NCBI GenBank assembly: GCA_963662625.1
Contig: OY759726.1
Location: forward strand, 480,001 to 544,000
Reading direction: 5' to 3'
DNA: 64,000 nucleotides
Source: Nitrosopumilus sp.
GTDB lineage: Archaea > Thermoproteota > Nitrososphaeria > Nitrososphaerales > Nitrosopumilaceae
Part shown: piece by piece, positions 9,759 through 19,316 of the stretch
Layout of the letters: every line of letters begins with the position of its first letter
Position numbering within the stretch: the stretch's first letter is position 1
Notes under the pieces: model-generated
Database searches by the model: none
The model's input: the letters and a program-made list of their open reading frames with translations, nothing else
What the model was told of the DNA's origin: nothing
Made by a program: the position numbers and the translations under genes

Positions 9759-10086
9759 CATGGAGGAAGTGAAAAAGAAGCAGGCCGTTTCAGTGTCGGA
9801 GGTCAAGGAGATCCTGGGCCAGGTTGACGTCGAGGAGATGGATCAAATCCAGCGCTGGACCTTTGACTATGTCTCAAAATTCGTAGCCACGGGGCCAGGC
9901 GACGCCAAGGAGATGAAGAGGCGGCTGATGAAGGAGTGCGAGCTCACCGAGGACGAGGCAGTCGAGATAGTGAACATCAGGCCCACGAGCCTGGCCGAGC
10001 TGCGCTCCTTTACGTTTGGCTGGAAGAAGCTTATCCTTGCTGAGACCCTGGAAAAGATACTCGGGATAATCAAGGAGCATTCCTAG
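9751..10086 (+). CDS. rpo4: RNA polymerase subunit Rpo4 (F)
   Basis: AVEIVNIRPTSLAELRS; conserved eL21-Rpo4-DUF655-KsgA order. Confidence 0.9.
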   Translation: MSSMEEVKKKQAVSVSEVKEILGQVDVEEMDQIQRWTFDYVSKFVATGPGDAKEMKRRLMKECELTEDEAVEIVNIRPTSLAELRSFTFGWKKLILAETLEKILGIIKEHS

Positions 10087-10106
10087 GGCCGGCGGAGATT
10101 CCCAGA

Positions 10107-10673
10107 TTGTCATCTGCGCAACCACCACCTAGGCGATACGAAGAGCACGCTTACGTCTTGGACTTCAACCCCAGGGGCAAGTCCTCCACGGTCAAGGGCA
10201 GGGAGGGGATCATAATAACCGCGATAGGCGAGGACAGGCTGACGCTGTTGGAGATACTCGGCGCGCAGAACTCCACGTTCGAGATCGGCGAGAGGATCTT
10301 CATCGGCAAGGAGGGGAGGACCAAGGTCCTTTCCGTCCTGGGCAAGATGGAATACAGCTGCGTCTCGTCGTCGGGGCAGAGCGAGCTTGCCAACGTGGTG
10401 GAAAGGATCGTGACTGACAACGAGCCAAGGTTCGTCGAGTACCTGAACAACGCGAGGCCCCTCACCCCGAGGATCCACGCGCTGGAGCTGATCCCGGGAA
10501 TCGGGAAGACGTACATGAAGAGCATGCTGGAGGAGCGCGAGAGGAAGAAATTCGAGAGCTACGCCGACCTGCAGGAGCGGGTCGGGTTCACTGAGCCGAT
10601 CAAGCACATATCCCAGAGGATCATGGACGAGATCACCGGCGAGAGCAGGATGAACCTCTTCGTGAAGAGATGA
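10107..10673 (+). CDS. DUF655 RNA-binding protein
   Basis: YEEHAYVLDF, LELIPGIGK HhH motif; synteny. Confidence 0.92.
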   Translation: MSSAQPPPRRYEEHAYVLDFNPRGKSSTVKGREGIIITAIGEDRLTLLEILGAQNSTFEIGERIFIGKEGRTKVLSVLGKMEYSCVSSSGQSELANVVERIVTDNEPRFVEYLNNARPLTPRIHALELIPGIGKTYMKSMLEERERKKFESYADLQERVGFTEPIKHISQRIMDEITGESRMNLFVKR

Positions 10674-11377
10674 CAAGGCGCAGGAGGCGGGGGCAGCACT
10701 TCCTGAACTCCTCCGGGGTCGCGAGGACCATGGTCTCCGAGGCCCGCATAACGAGGGGCGACACCGTGTACGAGGTAGGCACCGGCCGCGGCGCCCTCAC
10801 CCCGCTGCTGTGCGAGAAGGCCGGGAGGGTCATCTCGGCCGAGGCCGACAGGGAGCTGTTCGAGGGAGCCGCCGCCAGCCTCGCGCACATACCGAACCTC
10901 ACCCTGCAGTTTGGCGACGGCTTCAGGAAGGGCAACGCGTTCTCGGTCTTTGTTTCCAGCCTGCCCTATTCCAGCAGCAGGAGGGCCATGGAATGGCTGG
11001 CGCAGACCCCGTTCTCCCACGGGGTGGTGATGGTCCAGGAGGAGTTTGCCCGGAAGATCCTCCGCGGGCGGGCGCCCGGCAGGAGGGCGGTCGGCGTCAT
11101 CGCCAACCACGCCATGGAGATCACCAGGATATCCAGCGTCGGGAGGGCCAACTTCGACCCACCCCCCGCCGTGGACTCGGCCCTCCTGAGGATCCGCAAA
11201 AAGGCGACCGTCGGGAAGGCCCTGGTCCAGGCGGTCAACAGGATTTTCTCGTACAGGAGGAAGACCGTCCAGAACGTCCTCAGGCAGTTCGGGATGGAAA
11301 CCGTAATAGCCAAACGGCTGGACGATCTGTCAGACGAGGAGATAATCGGTATTGCCAGGGAAGCCATCGGGAAATGA
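10670..11377 (+). CDS. rsmA: 16S rRNA adenine dimethyltransferase KsgA/RsmA
   Basis: GQHFL, EVGTGRGALT, SLPY, FDPPPAVDS. Confidence 0.93.
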   Translation: MTRRRRRGQHFLNSSGVARTMVSEARITRGDTVYEVGTGRGALTPLLCEKAGRVISAEADRELFEGAAASLAHIPNLTLQFGDGFRKGNAFSVFVSSLPYSSSRRAMEWLAQTPFSHGVVMVQEEFARKILRGRAPGRRAVGVIANHAMEITRISSVGRANFDPPPAVDSALLRIRKKATVGKALVQAVNRIFSYRRKTVQNVLRQFGMETVIAKRLDDLSDEEIIGIAREAIGK

Positions 11378-11891
11378 CGGGTACGCGCCGGCTGAGGACA
11401 CCTTCTTCGTGGCCGAAAACATCGCGGGGGAGCGCGGCGAGGCGGCCCTGGACGTCGGCAGCGGCTCGGGGTACCTCACCAGGCTGCTGTCCGAGAACTT
11501 TTCCCTGGTGGTCGGGACAGACGTCGATTTTGGCGCCCTGAGGGGCCAGACTTACAAGACGGACAACCTGGTCTGCTGCAACGGGTCCGACGCCCTCAGG
11601 GCGTGCTTTGACCTGGTGGTGTGCAACATGCCGTACCTCGCCACCGACGAGATCCTGGACGCCGCCACGGACGGCGGGAGGGGCGGGTTCGAGGTCCCGA
11701 GGAGGATCCTCGACTCCGTCTGCGGCAACATCAGGGGCAACGGCAAGTTCATCTTCGTGACGTCCTCCCTGTCGGACTTCCGGAGGCTGATCGGCCACGC
11801 GCGGGGCCTGGGCCTGGCGTGCCGGATAGTCGCCAGGAAGAGGCTGTTCTTCGAGGAGCTCATACTGGTCGAGGCCAGGAAGCCCGCCTAG
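11352..11891 (+). CDS. HemK2/PrmC-like SAM methyltransferase
   Basis: Y.PAEDTFF, LDVGSGSGY, NMPYL, DGGRGG. Confidence 0.88.
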   Translation: MPGKPSGNDGYAPAEDTFFVAENIAGERGEAALDVGSGSGYLTRLLSENFSLVVGTDVDFGALRGQTYKTDNLVCCNGSDALRACFDLVVCNMPYLATDEILDAATDGGRGGFEVPRRILDSVCGNIRGNGKFIFVTSSLSDFRRLIGHARGLGLACRIVARKRLFFEELILVEARKPA

Positions 11892-11893
11892 GC

Positions 11894-12919
11894 CTACCTC
11901 CTCAGTTTTTCCTTGGCGAACTCCGCGATCGCCGCGGCCATCTCCCGCGTCCCCGAGCTCCCGCCGAGGTCGTACGTGACGGTCCTGCCCTCGTTGATTA
12001 CCCGGTCGGTGGCCTCGAATATCGCGTCCCGGATGTCGGGCTCCCCCAGGTACTCGGCCATCCAGGCCCCCGAGAGGATCGTCGCGGTGGGGTTGACCTT
12101 GTTCATCCCCTTGTATTTGGGCGCGCTCCCGTGCGCGGGCTCGAACATCGCGTAGGATTCCCCCATGTTTGCCGAATACACGTTTCCTATGGATCCTATG
12201 CTGCCCGAGGCGCACTCGGAGATGATGTCCATGAACAGGTTGGTGCTGATCAGGACGCTGTCGTTGAACCTCTCCGGGTTCTTCACCAGCTGCTGCGCCA
12301 TGTTGTCTATGTAGTACTCCTCGACTTCCAGCCCGGACGACTCGGCCGCCCTCTGCACCTCGCTCCAGAATATCCCGTCCGTCCTCTTGAGTATGTTCCT
12401 CTTGGTGATTGCCACTACCCTGGGCGTGCCGTGCCCCTTGGCCCACTCGAACGCGGAGTCCACTATCCGCGCGCAGCCCTTCCGGGTGATCTTCCTTATG
12501 GCCACCGCCGAGTCCTCCGAGGTGTCAAACTCGATCCCGGCGTACAGCCCCTCCGTCGCCTCCCTGAAGCATACAAAGTCCAGCTTCCTGTCCGGGGACA
12601 GCCTGTCAAACGTCTTGATCGGCCTCACGTTTGCAAAGAGCTCGAACTTCTGCCGGGTGGACACGGCGACGCTCCTGGGCGCCTTCGGGTCCGGAATGGT
12701 TGTGGTGGGCCCCTTGAAGCAGGCGTGGCTCTCGTCCATGATCCTCGAGGTCTCCTCCGGGATGTACGTGGCCCCGCCGTTTTTCTGCCACTGCTCCGAG
12801 CCCGCCTCGCACCGGATCATCTCGATCTGGGAGTTGCACGCGTTCAGGACGGCCTCCATCGCGTCGACGAGTTCGGGGCCCACCCCGTCCCCGTTGATGA
12901 CAGCTGCCTTCTTGCTCAA
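11894..12919 (-). CDS. Isocitrate/isopropylmalate dehydrogenase family protein
   Basis: GDGVGPE, FREATEGLY, EPAHGSAPKY. Confidence 0.93.
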   Translation of the reverse strand: MSKKAAVINGDGVGPELVDAMEAVLNACNSQIEMIRCEAGSEQWQKNGGATYIPEETSRIMDESHACFKGPTTTIPDPKAPRSVAVSTRQKFELFANVRPIKTFDRLSPDRKLDFVCFREATEGLYAGIEFDTSEDSAVAIRKITRKGCARIVDSAFEWAKGHGTPRVVAITKRNILKRTDGIFWSEVQRAAESSGLEVEEYYIDNMAQQLVKNPERFNDSVLISTNLFMDIISECASGSIGSIGNVYSANMGESYAMFEPAHGSAPKYKGMNKVNPTATILSGAWMAEYLGEPDIRDAIFEATDRVINEGRTVTYDLGGSSGTREMAAAIAEFAKEKLRR

Positions 12920-13020
12920 AACTGCCGGGATTTGGCCGGGTTATTATTTATGTCTACCTGATTCCCAGCCCCGGGATTCCCACGGTGACGGTTTATTAGA
13001 CGACGGCGCGGTGCAGGAAA

Positions 13021-13767
13021 ATGATAATCGTCCAGATTTCCGACCTCCACGTGGGCTCCCAGTTCCTGCCGGAAAAATTCGCCGAGATGGAATCCGAGAT
13101 CAACAGGATGAAGCCCGACGTCGTGGTGGTCACGGGCGACCTCACCAACGAGGGGCTCGTCGGGGAATACGAGGAGTGCAAGAGGCTGCTTGCGAGGCTG
13201 GACGCCGGGAAGATCATCGCGATCAGCGGGAACCACGACTACCGCAACACCGGGTACCTGCTGTTCAAGAAATTCTTCCCGTTTGACACGGTGAACGAGC
13301 TGGGCGAGGACGTGGTGCTGGTGACCATGGGGACCGCCCGTCCCGACAGGAACGAGGGCGAGGTCGGGTACAGGCAGAACCTCTGGCTGCAGCGGACCAT
13401 GCAGAAGTACAGGGACAGGGTGAAGATAATCGCGATGCACCACCACCTGGTGGCCATACCGGACACCGGCTCCGACCAGCTGACCGTGGTCGACGCGGGA
13501 GACGTGCTGAGGACCATCCTGGACTCGAACGTCGACCTGGTCCTGTGCGGGCACAAGCACAGGCCCTGGGTGTGGAACTTCGGGAAGCTCTCGGTGGTCA
13601 ACGCGGGCACCGCGACCTCCGAGCGCGTGCGGGGGCTGTTTGAAAACACGTACAACGTCATCACCGTCTCCGGGAGGGAGGTGCGGGTGGACCTCAAGAT
13701 CGTGGGCGGGAGGCGCGTCCCCCTGGGCGACATCGTGAGCAATTACAGCCGGTTCGGCGAAGAGTGA
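13021..13767 (+). CDS. Calcineurin-like metallophosphoesterase (CpdA-like)
   Basis: SDLH, GDLT, GNHD, HHH, GHKH motifs. Confidence 0.93.
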   Translation: MIIVQISDLHVGSQFLPEKFAEMESEINRMKPDVVVVTGDLTNEGLVGEYEECKRLLARLDAGKIIAISGNHDYRNTGYLLFKKFFPFDTVNELGEDVVLVTMGTARPDRNEGEVGYRQNLWLQRTMQKYRDRVKIIAMHHHLVAIPDTGSDQLTVVDAGDVLRTILDSNVDLVLCGHKHRPWVWNFGKLSVVNAGTATSERVRGLFENTYNVITVSGREVRVDLKIVGGRRVPLGDIVSNYSRFGEE

Positions 13768-13800
13768 ACTTATTTACAGACCGGTGCAAGGGTCTCTTGT

Positions 13801-13887
13801 GCGGGGATCGCCTAGCCTGGTAGGGCGTGGGATTGCTAATCCCATGTTCGCAAGGACACGGGGGTTCAAATCCCCCTCCCCGCGCCA
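13801..13887 (+). tRNA. tRNA-Ser(GCT), CCA encoded
   Basis: GCGGGGA/TCCCCGC acceptor stem, anticodon arm TGGGA-TTGCTAA-TCCCA, long variable arm, GTTCAAATC. Confidence 0.96.
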
Positions 13888-14059
13888 CACGCACTTCCGT
13901 CACGCCCGGATCGATTCTCCCGGCCCGGGAGGTTTGCGGGCGGCCGCCCCGTGCCGGCCGGCATGCGCGGCGGTGGCCCCGCCCCGATCCCCGCGCGCTC
14001 GCCGTGCCGGGACTCCCGCCGCCCTGGCGCCGCGAGGCGTGCCCGGCCGCGGCCCCCGC

Positions 14060-14296
14060 CTAGGACTGGGCGCGGTCGAATTTTGAAGACGTCCTGGAGG
14101 CGAGCCGGACGTCTTCTGCCCTGACCGTCTTGCGCCCCGCATGCGCCGCCATGTCCACCGCGCTCCCGGCTATGCAGTTTGCCAGGTCCTCGACCGTGCG
14201 CCTGAGCTCGTCGGCGGACTCCTCGCTGACCCTCTCGGCGCCGGCCTTCTTCAGGATCCGGTACATTGCAGACAGCCCGATCTCCGAGGACTTCAT
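14060..14296 (-). CDS. Archaeal histone (HMf-like)
   Basis: MYRILKKAGAERVSEESADEL...HAGRKTVRAEDV histone-fold signature; start ATG 14296. Confidence 0.93.
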   Translation of the reverse strand: MKSSEIGLSAMYRILKKAGAERVSEESADELRRTVEDLANCIAGSAVDMAAHAGRKTVRAEDVRLASRTSSKFDRAQS

Positions 14297-14387
14297 CGGT
14301 TTGCCGTTTCGCTTTGCGGATAAAAGACAGTCGGTGAAAAAATACCACCAAGAAATCGATTTATACAGACCACCTCCTAGATCAGCG

Positions 14388-15143
14388 ATGGCATGGGCAT
14401 ACGACGCGCACGTCCACCTGTCCGACCCGGAGTACGCCGGCGACATCCCCCACACGCTCAGGGCGATGGACGCGGCGAGGATCAGGGCGTGCTGCGTCTC
14501 GATGGACGCGCCAAGCTCGCGGCGGACCCTGGCCCTTGCAGGAATGAGCTGCAACGTGCTGCCGTTCATCGGCATCCATCCCGAGCGCGCCGGCGACGAC
14601 CTGGGGCAGATGGAGGACATGATACGCGACAACGTCGGCGCCATCGCCGGAATCGGCGAGATCGGCCTGGATCCCACGTTTGCCCGTTCCGGGGACGACG
14701 GCGGGAGGCAGGTCCGCGTCTTCGAGGCCCTCCTGGGCCTGGCCGAAAAGTACCAAAAGCCCGTGTCCATCCACTCCAGAAAAAGCCTCGACGAAGTCCT
14801 GGGGATAATGACCTCGTATACCGCAAAGCGCGCCCTGCTGCACTGGTTTGACGGCAGCAAGAGGCAGCTGGGGGCCGCGATGGACATGGGCTTCTTCGTC
14901 TCCTACGGGCCCGTGACGGTGTACGCAAACGACAAGCAGTCGCTGGTCGCGAAGACCGACCCGTCCAGGATGCTCGTGGAGACCGACGGCCCTGTGCGCT
15001 TTTCGAGGTGCTTCGGGTCAAGGCAGGCGCAGGTCAGCTTCATCCCCAGCGTGATCTTCTGCGTGGCCGGGATACTGAACAGGTCCTACGACGAGATGGC
15101 GTCGCAGCTGGAGGAAAACTCGATGGCGTACGTGGGAATATAG
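14388..15143 (+). CDS. TatD-family DNase
   Basis: DAHVHL, GIHP, GEIGLD, IHSR, HWF, ETDGP. Confidence 0.95.
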   Translation: MAWAYDAHVHLSDPEYAGDIPHTLRAMDAARIRACCVSMDAPSSRRTLALAGMSCNVLPFIGIHPERAGDDLGQMEDMIRDNVGAIAGIGEIGLDPTFARSGDDGGRQVRVFEALLGLAEKYQKPVSIHSRKSLDEVLGIMTSYTAKRALLHWFDGSKRQLGAAMDMGFFVSYGPVTVYANDKQSLVAKTDPSRMLVETDGPVRFSRCFGSRQAQVSFIPSVIFCVAGILNRSYDEMASQLEENSMAYVGI

Positions 15144-15171
15144 GTATAAAAAACCCCCGCCCTGCTACAGG

Positions 15172-15603
15172 GTGATGGACAGGGTCAGGAGCATCTCGCA
15201 CTCGGTGCTGGAGGAGCACAGGTCGAAGTTTGGCGAGGACTACGCCGACAACAAGAGGGCCCTGGACCAGGTCTCCGTCATCCGCTCCAAGGGCCTGAAG
15301 AACAAGATTGCCGGGTATATCACTAAGTTCATAAAAAAAGAGATCAGGGAGGAGAACGCGAAAAAGATCCAGGCCGAGGCTGCCAGCCGGCCCGACGACG
15401 TGGACGCGCCGGCGGCCCCGGCGCCCGAAGCTGCAGGCGAGGCCGAGGGGCGCGAGGCCCCCGTGGCTGGAGGCGGCGTAGACAGCCTGGACTGGGAGGG
15501 GAGGTCCGAGGACGACGACGGGGACGGGTCCCATGGCGGCCACGACGCAGGCGGGGCCCCGGGGCAGCCTGCCGGCGGGGACACTGGGACAGGGGCCGCG
15601 TAG
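15172..15603 (+). CDS. rps17e: 30S ribosomal protein S17e with acidic/Gly-rich C-terminal extension
   Basis: F..DY.DNK.AL....IRSKGLKNKIAGYIT. Confidence 0.92.
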   Translation: MMDRVRSISHSVLEEHRSKFGEDYADNKRALDQVSVIRSKGLKNKIAGYITKFIKKEIREENAKKIQAEAASRPDDVDAPAAPAPEAAGEAEGREAPVAGGGVDSLDWEGRSEDDDGDGSHGGHDAGGAPGQPAGGDTGTGAA

Positions 15604-15636
15604 CAGCCCCGGAAGCTGCCGCCCCCTGCCAGAGAG

Positions 15637-16413
15637 ATGATCCGGGTAAAGTTCGTCGGCGGCGCCAGGAAGTCGTTTGCCACGGAGTCCACGAGCATCG
15701 AGGGAGCAGGCATGTCGCTGGACGGGCTCCTGTCCATCCTCCTGCAGATGAAGCCGGAATCCACCCCCCCGCTAGACGTCGGGAACGTATTGGTGGCAGT
15801 CAACGGGGTCGACTCCTCGGCGCTCGGCGGCATGTCCGCGATCCTGGGGGACGGCGACGTGGTAAGCATAATCCCGGTGATCCACGGCGGCTCCCCGTGG
15901 GGGCTCAGGCTGTCCGTCCCGGGGACGCACGTCCACGTGGCAGAGATCCCGGGCGGCGGGCAGCACGGCGCCGCCCTGCTAGAGGAGCTGAGGGCGGGGT
16001 TTCCCAGGGTGAGGCTCCAGGCGGTATACAGCAGGTTCGTGCTCAACAGGCGCCACCTGGAGGGGATCGTCGCGATCTCGGCCAGCGCCGAGAAAAACCG
16101 CGCGCTGCTTTCAAACAAGTTCGAGACGGACCTCCTGATGCGCTTTGCCATCTCCCCGCAGATAGCCAGCGCGATCAGGACGGCCGGGATAAGGCCGGGC
16201 CGGGACTTTCTCCTGATCGCTGCGGGCAGCGCGGGTGCCCTGGACGCGTTCTCGAAGAAGGCTCCCCGCGCGGCGGGTTCCCTGTTTGCCAGGGACAACG
16301 CGCCGTTCCTGAAAAGGCACTTCGGCCTGACCAAGAGGCACCTGGACTCCGTCCTCTCCGACGATCCGCTGGCAGACGTCCTGGTCGAGAGGGCCGCCAC
16401 GCTATTCAGCTAG
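15637..16413 (+). CDS. Fusion: Urm1/SAMP/MoaD ubiquitin-like domain + KEOPS subunit Cgi121
   Basis: N-terminal beta-grasp ending GDVVSIIPVIHGG, continuing in frame into a Cgi121-like domain (SNKFETDLLMRFAISPQIASAIRTAGI..LVERAA). Confidence 0.82.
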   Translation: MIRVKFVGGARKSFATESTSIEGAGMSLDGLLSILLQMKPESTPPLDVGNVLVAVNGVDSSALGGMSAILGDGDVVSIIPVIHGGSPWGLRLSVPGTHVHVAEIPGGGQHGAALLEELRAGFPRVRLQAVYSRFVLNRRHLEGIVAISASAEKNRALLSNKFETDLLMRFAISPQIASAIRTAGIRPGRDFLLIAAGSAGALDAFSKKAPRAAGSLFARDNAPFLKRHFGLTKRHLDSVLSDDPLADVLVERAATLFS

Positions 16414-16923
16414 GCTCCGCTTTGCCTTCTCCGCGCTCAGGATGCCGTCCTTGGGGATCACCGCGACGCCGGCCTCGCCTCCCAGCACCTCCACCAGTAT
16501 GATCTTGTCGGGATCCTCAAGCGAGACCCTGTTGGGAAACTTTTTGGCGATCCTGGAGATCAGGTCCCGCCCGGAGATGTCCGAGTCCCTCTTCTCGATC
16601 GAGATCCTGTACGTGTCCCCCTCCGCGATCCCCCCGCGGACGGCCTCCACGGCCTCCTCTATCTCCTCGATCCGCGCCGCGGCGGCTGCCTGGACCGGTA
16701 TCATCCGGAGGCAGTAACGCAGGTGCCACGGCTCGTCGGCCAGGCGCTCGCGGGTCTTCCTGATCACCATCGACGGGTCCAGGCCCGTCTCGGCCGTCAG
16801 GATCCCAGGCATCCGGGTTATGGAGATCGCGTGGCCCGCGTCCCCGAGGCCCTCCAGGATCCCCCCGAGCTCCCCCGCGGCCTCCCGTTCCAGGCGCCTG
16901 GCGCACGTGACGATGAGGTTCAA
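16402..16923 (-). CDS. Stand-alone THUMP-domain RNA-binding protein
   Basis: TYRISIEKR..VSLEDPDKIILVEVLG. Confidence 0.9.
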   Translation of the reverse strand: MNLIVTCARRLEREAAGELGGILEGLGDAGHAISITRMPGILTAETGLDPSMVIRKTRERLADEPWHLRYCLRMIPVQAAAAARIEEIEEAVEAVRGGIAEGDTYRISIEKRDSDISGRDLISRIAKKFPNRVSLEDPDKIILVEVLGGEAGVAVIPKDGILSAEKAKRSLAE

Positions 16924-17522
16924 AGCGCCGCCAGGACCTCCTCCCTCGTGACCGCCCCCTCCCTGTGGATCCTCAGCTCGCCGCCGGCAAACTCGATGAT
17001 CGTGGACTCGCCGCCGCCCGCGAGCACCCCGCCGTCAAGAAGCAGGTCGTAGCCGTCCACGCTCCTCTCGCATTCCGCGGGGTCGGTGGCCGATCCCGCT
17101 CCCGAGACGTTGGCGCTAGTCCCGACCAGGTACCTGCACCGCCTCAGCAGATCCAGCGTGCACCTGTGGCCCGGCACCCTTACCGCCACCTTCTCCCCCA
17201 CGTTCAGCGTGTCCCTCAGCCTCCGGTCCCGGACGCCCAGGACGATCGTCAGCGGGCCGGGCCACAGCCTGTCGGCCACCTTCGCGGAGCTGCCGTCGAG
17301 GCGGGCAATCTCCCTGGCGGCCTCCGCGGAGTACGCCAGCACCGGCAGCGGGTTTGCCGGGTCCCTGTTTTTGATGCTGTAGATCCTCCCCACAGCGGCC
17401 TTGTCAAACGGGTCGCACCCGATGCCGTAGACCGTGTCGGTGGGGAAGACGACCACCCCTCCCCCGGACAGGATCCTGGCCGCCTCCGTTATGCCGCGCG
17501 GATCGCACCTGGCCCTCATCAT
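16920..17522 (-). CDS. tsaC: Threonylcarbamoyl-AMP synthase (short TsaC/YrdC type)
   Basis: FPTDTVYGIGCD, KNR...PL, WPGPLT, TSANVSG, STII. Confidence 0.94.
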   Translation of the reverse strand: MMRARCDPRGITEAARILSGGGVVVFPTDTVYGIGCDPFDKAAVGRIYSIKNRDPANPLPVLAYSAEAAREIARLDGSSAKVADRLWPGPLTIVLGVRDRRLRDTLNVGEKVAVRVPGHRCTLDLLRRCRYLVGTSANVSGAGSATDPAECERSVDGYDLLLDGGVLAGGGESTIIEFAGGELRIHREGAVTREEVLAAL

Positions 17523-17720
17523 ACACCGGGGGCGGCCATCTTTAATTATTCATTCCCCCGCGGCGCCTGGCGGCTCCCGCCTGGCGGCCCCTGCGGCGCC
17601 GCGCCGGGCGCGGGCCTCCCGCGCGCAGACCCGGCTCCCCCCGGCACGGCAGGCGCGGGCCCGGGCTCGCTCCCTCCCGCCCCCGGCAGGTTTTTAACCG
17701 CGGGCCCGGCGAGGAGACCC

Positions 17721-17780
17721 ATGCGGTCCCTGCCGCCCGACTTTGAGGACAACGACTTCGAGGACGACCTTGACGACTAG
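17721..17780 (+). CDS. Putative acidic micro-protein (19 aa)
   Basis: MRSLPPDFEDNDFEDDLDD; TTTTTAA box at 17691-17697. Confidence 0.4.
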   Translation: MRSLPPDFEDNDFEDDLDD

Positions 17781-18064
17781 ATCCTGAGGCCGAAGCTGTC
17801 TGCAAACCTGCTAAACGTGTAGTACGCCTGCAGGAACTCCCGTCCCGACGGGCTGATCCTGTACCTGCTGGATCCCTGCTGCCCGACCTGCTCGAGCAGC
17901 CCCTGCAGGACCAGCGTCTTCAGGATCCTCGAGATCCTCGAGTGGGAGACGTTCGCCTTCCTGATTAGGTAGGTCACGGTGGCCCCGTCCTCGCCCTCGA
18001 GGTCGTTGCACGCGGTGTACAGTATGTCCCCGATGATCCTCATGCGCGTCCTGTGCCCGGCCAT
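17777..18064 (-). CDS. Winged-HTH transcription regulator (ArnR1/HTH_45-like)
   Basis: RTRMRIIGDIL..LIRKANVSHSRI..Y.IS..GREFL. Confidence 0.88.
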   Translation of the reverse strand: MAGHRTRMRIIGDILYTACNDLEGEDGATVTYLIRKANVSHSRISRILKTLVLQGLLEQVGQQGSSRYRISPSGREFLQAYYTFSRFADSFGLRI

Positions 18065-18187
18065 GCTTACCCGTGGTAGCTAATGGCGCAATCCCTATGA
18101 TAGCGGGTTGATGTCTTGCAATATACCAAAAAGGTAAAAGAAGTTGACAAGGGTGCCCGAAGGCGCGCGGCAGGCCGCCGGGCCGCC

Positions 18188-18826
18188 CTAGGGGGCCCCG
18201 TCGAACCTCATCCGGGTCAGCGGGATCTTGCTTACCGGGATGAACAGGCAGACCAGCCCGGCTATCTTGATCGAGATGGACGCGTAATACAGGACTGGCT
18301 CCGGGACGACGAACGAGTACCACCCCAGGAACTCGCCGAACGCCAGCAGCGCGAGCCCCGCGGCGACGGATATCGCCCCCTTGTTCCTGTTCTCGGAATA
18401 CGACAGGATGGTCTCGATGGCGCCGTATGCCAGCAGGATGAACGACACGGAGCGGAAGATGTGCTCGATCTGCACCGAGGACACCAGGAACAGGGGCAGC
18501 GCCCCCACGCTCCGGAAGTACCTCGACTTTGGCATGAACGACTTGATGCTGTGCGACAGGGCGATGAAGAAATACCCCACCGTCTGGATCCCGATCCCCA
18601 GCGTCTGTATCCATTTCTCGATCCCCCCGGACTTTATGAAGAGGTCCTCTGCCATGTACCCCGTCCACACCACGCCGAACCCCACGCTGATCGAAAAGAA
18701 CGCGATCGTCAGCCTGAACAGCGTCGGGCTGCCGGTGTTCCTGAAGCCGATCAGCGACATCGCCCCTATCACGAGCCCCACCAGGAAGCCTATCAGGTTG
18801 AGTATGCTCTCGAACAGGAACTCCAA
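18188..18826 (-). CDS. Multi-pass membrane protein
   Basis: About 6-7 hydrophobic segments; coding bias. Confidence 0.8.
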   Translation of the reverse strand: MEFLFESILNLIGFLVGLVIGAMSLIGFRNTGSPTLFRLTIAFFSISVGFGVVWTGYMAEDLFIKSGGIEKWIQTLGIGIQTVGYFFIALSHSIKSFMPKSRYFRSVGALPLFLVSSVQIEHIFRSVSFILLAYGAIETILSYSENRNKGAISVAAGLALLAFGEFLGWYSFVVPEPVLYYASISIKIAGLVCLFIPVSKIPLTRMRFDGAP

Positions 18827-18869
18827 CAGTGCTAGGAGCCCCGCTCATTATTTTAACCTGCTGAGCGCG

Positions 18870-19082
18870 TCAGTCCCACTCGTCCAGCGAGCCCGACGTC
18901 TGGCCCTCCGTGCTGCCCGCATAGTCCCCGAGTATGTCCGAGTACGCCGCCTCGTTGTGCGCGACGAACTTCACGTACTCGCCGTAGCTCATGTCCAGGT
19001 CGCACTTTTCGCACGTGACGAACGCAAAGTCCATCGAGAGTTCCGCGTTTTCCTTGCACTTGGGGCACTTTATCTTCAACAC
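18870..19082 (-). CDS. Small zinc-ribbon protein
   Basis: CPKC..CEKC, acidic tail. Confidence 0.75.
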   Translation of the reverse strand: MLKIKCPKCKENAELSMDFAFVTCEKCDLDMSYGEYVKFVAHNEAAYSDILGDYAGSTEGQTSGSLDEWD

Positions 19083-19316
19083 GTGGGTTTGGCCCAGATA
19101 ACTATTATTGCTTTACGCGGCCCCCGCCCGGGGATCACGCCGCCGGGCCCGCGGGGCGGGGCCGGCGCGGGCATGCCCCGGGCGGGCGCGGACGCGCGGT
19201 GGCCGCCCGGGCGCGGACGCCCCGGCGGATCGGCCCCCGGGGGCTCGCGGGCCGTGCTCCCCCAGGCGCGGATCCGCTAGACAAGAGATAAAAGTGGTCT
19301 GCCCCGGAAGACCCCC

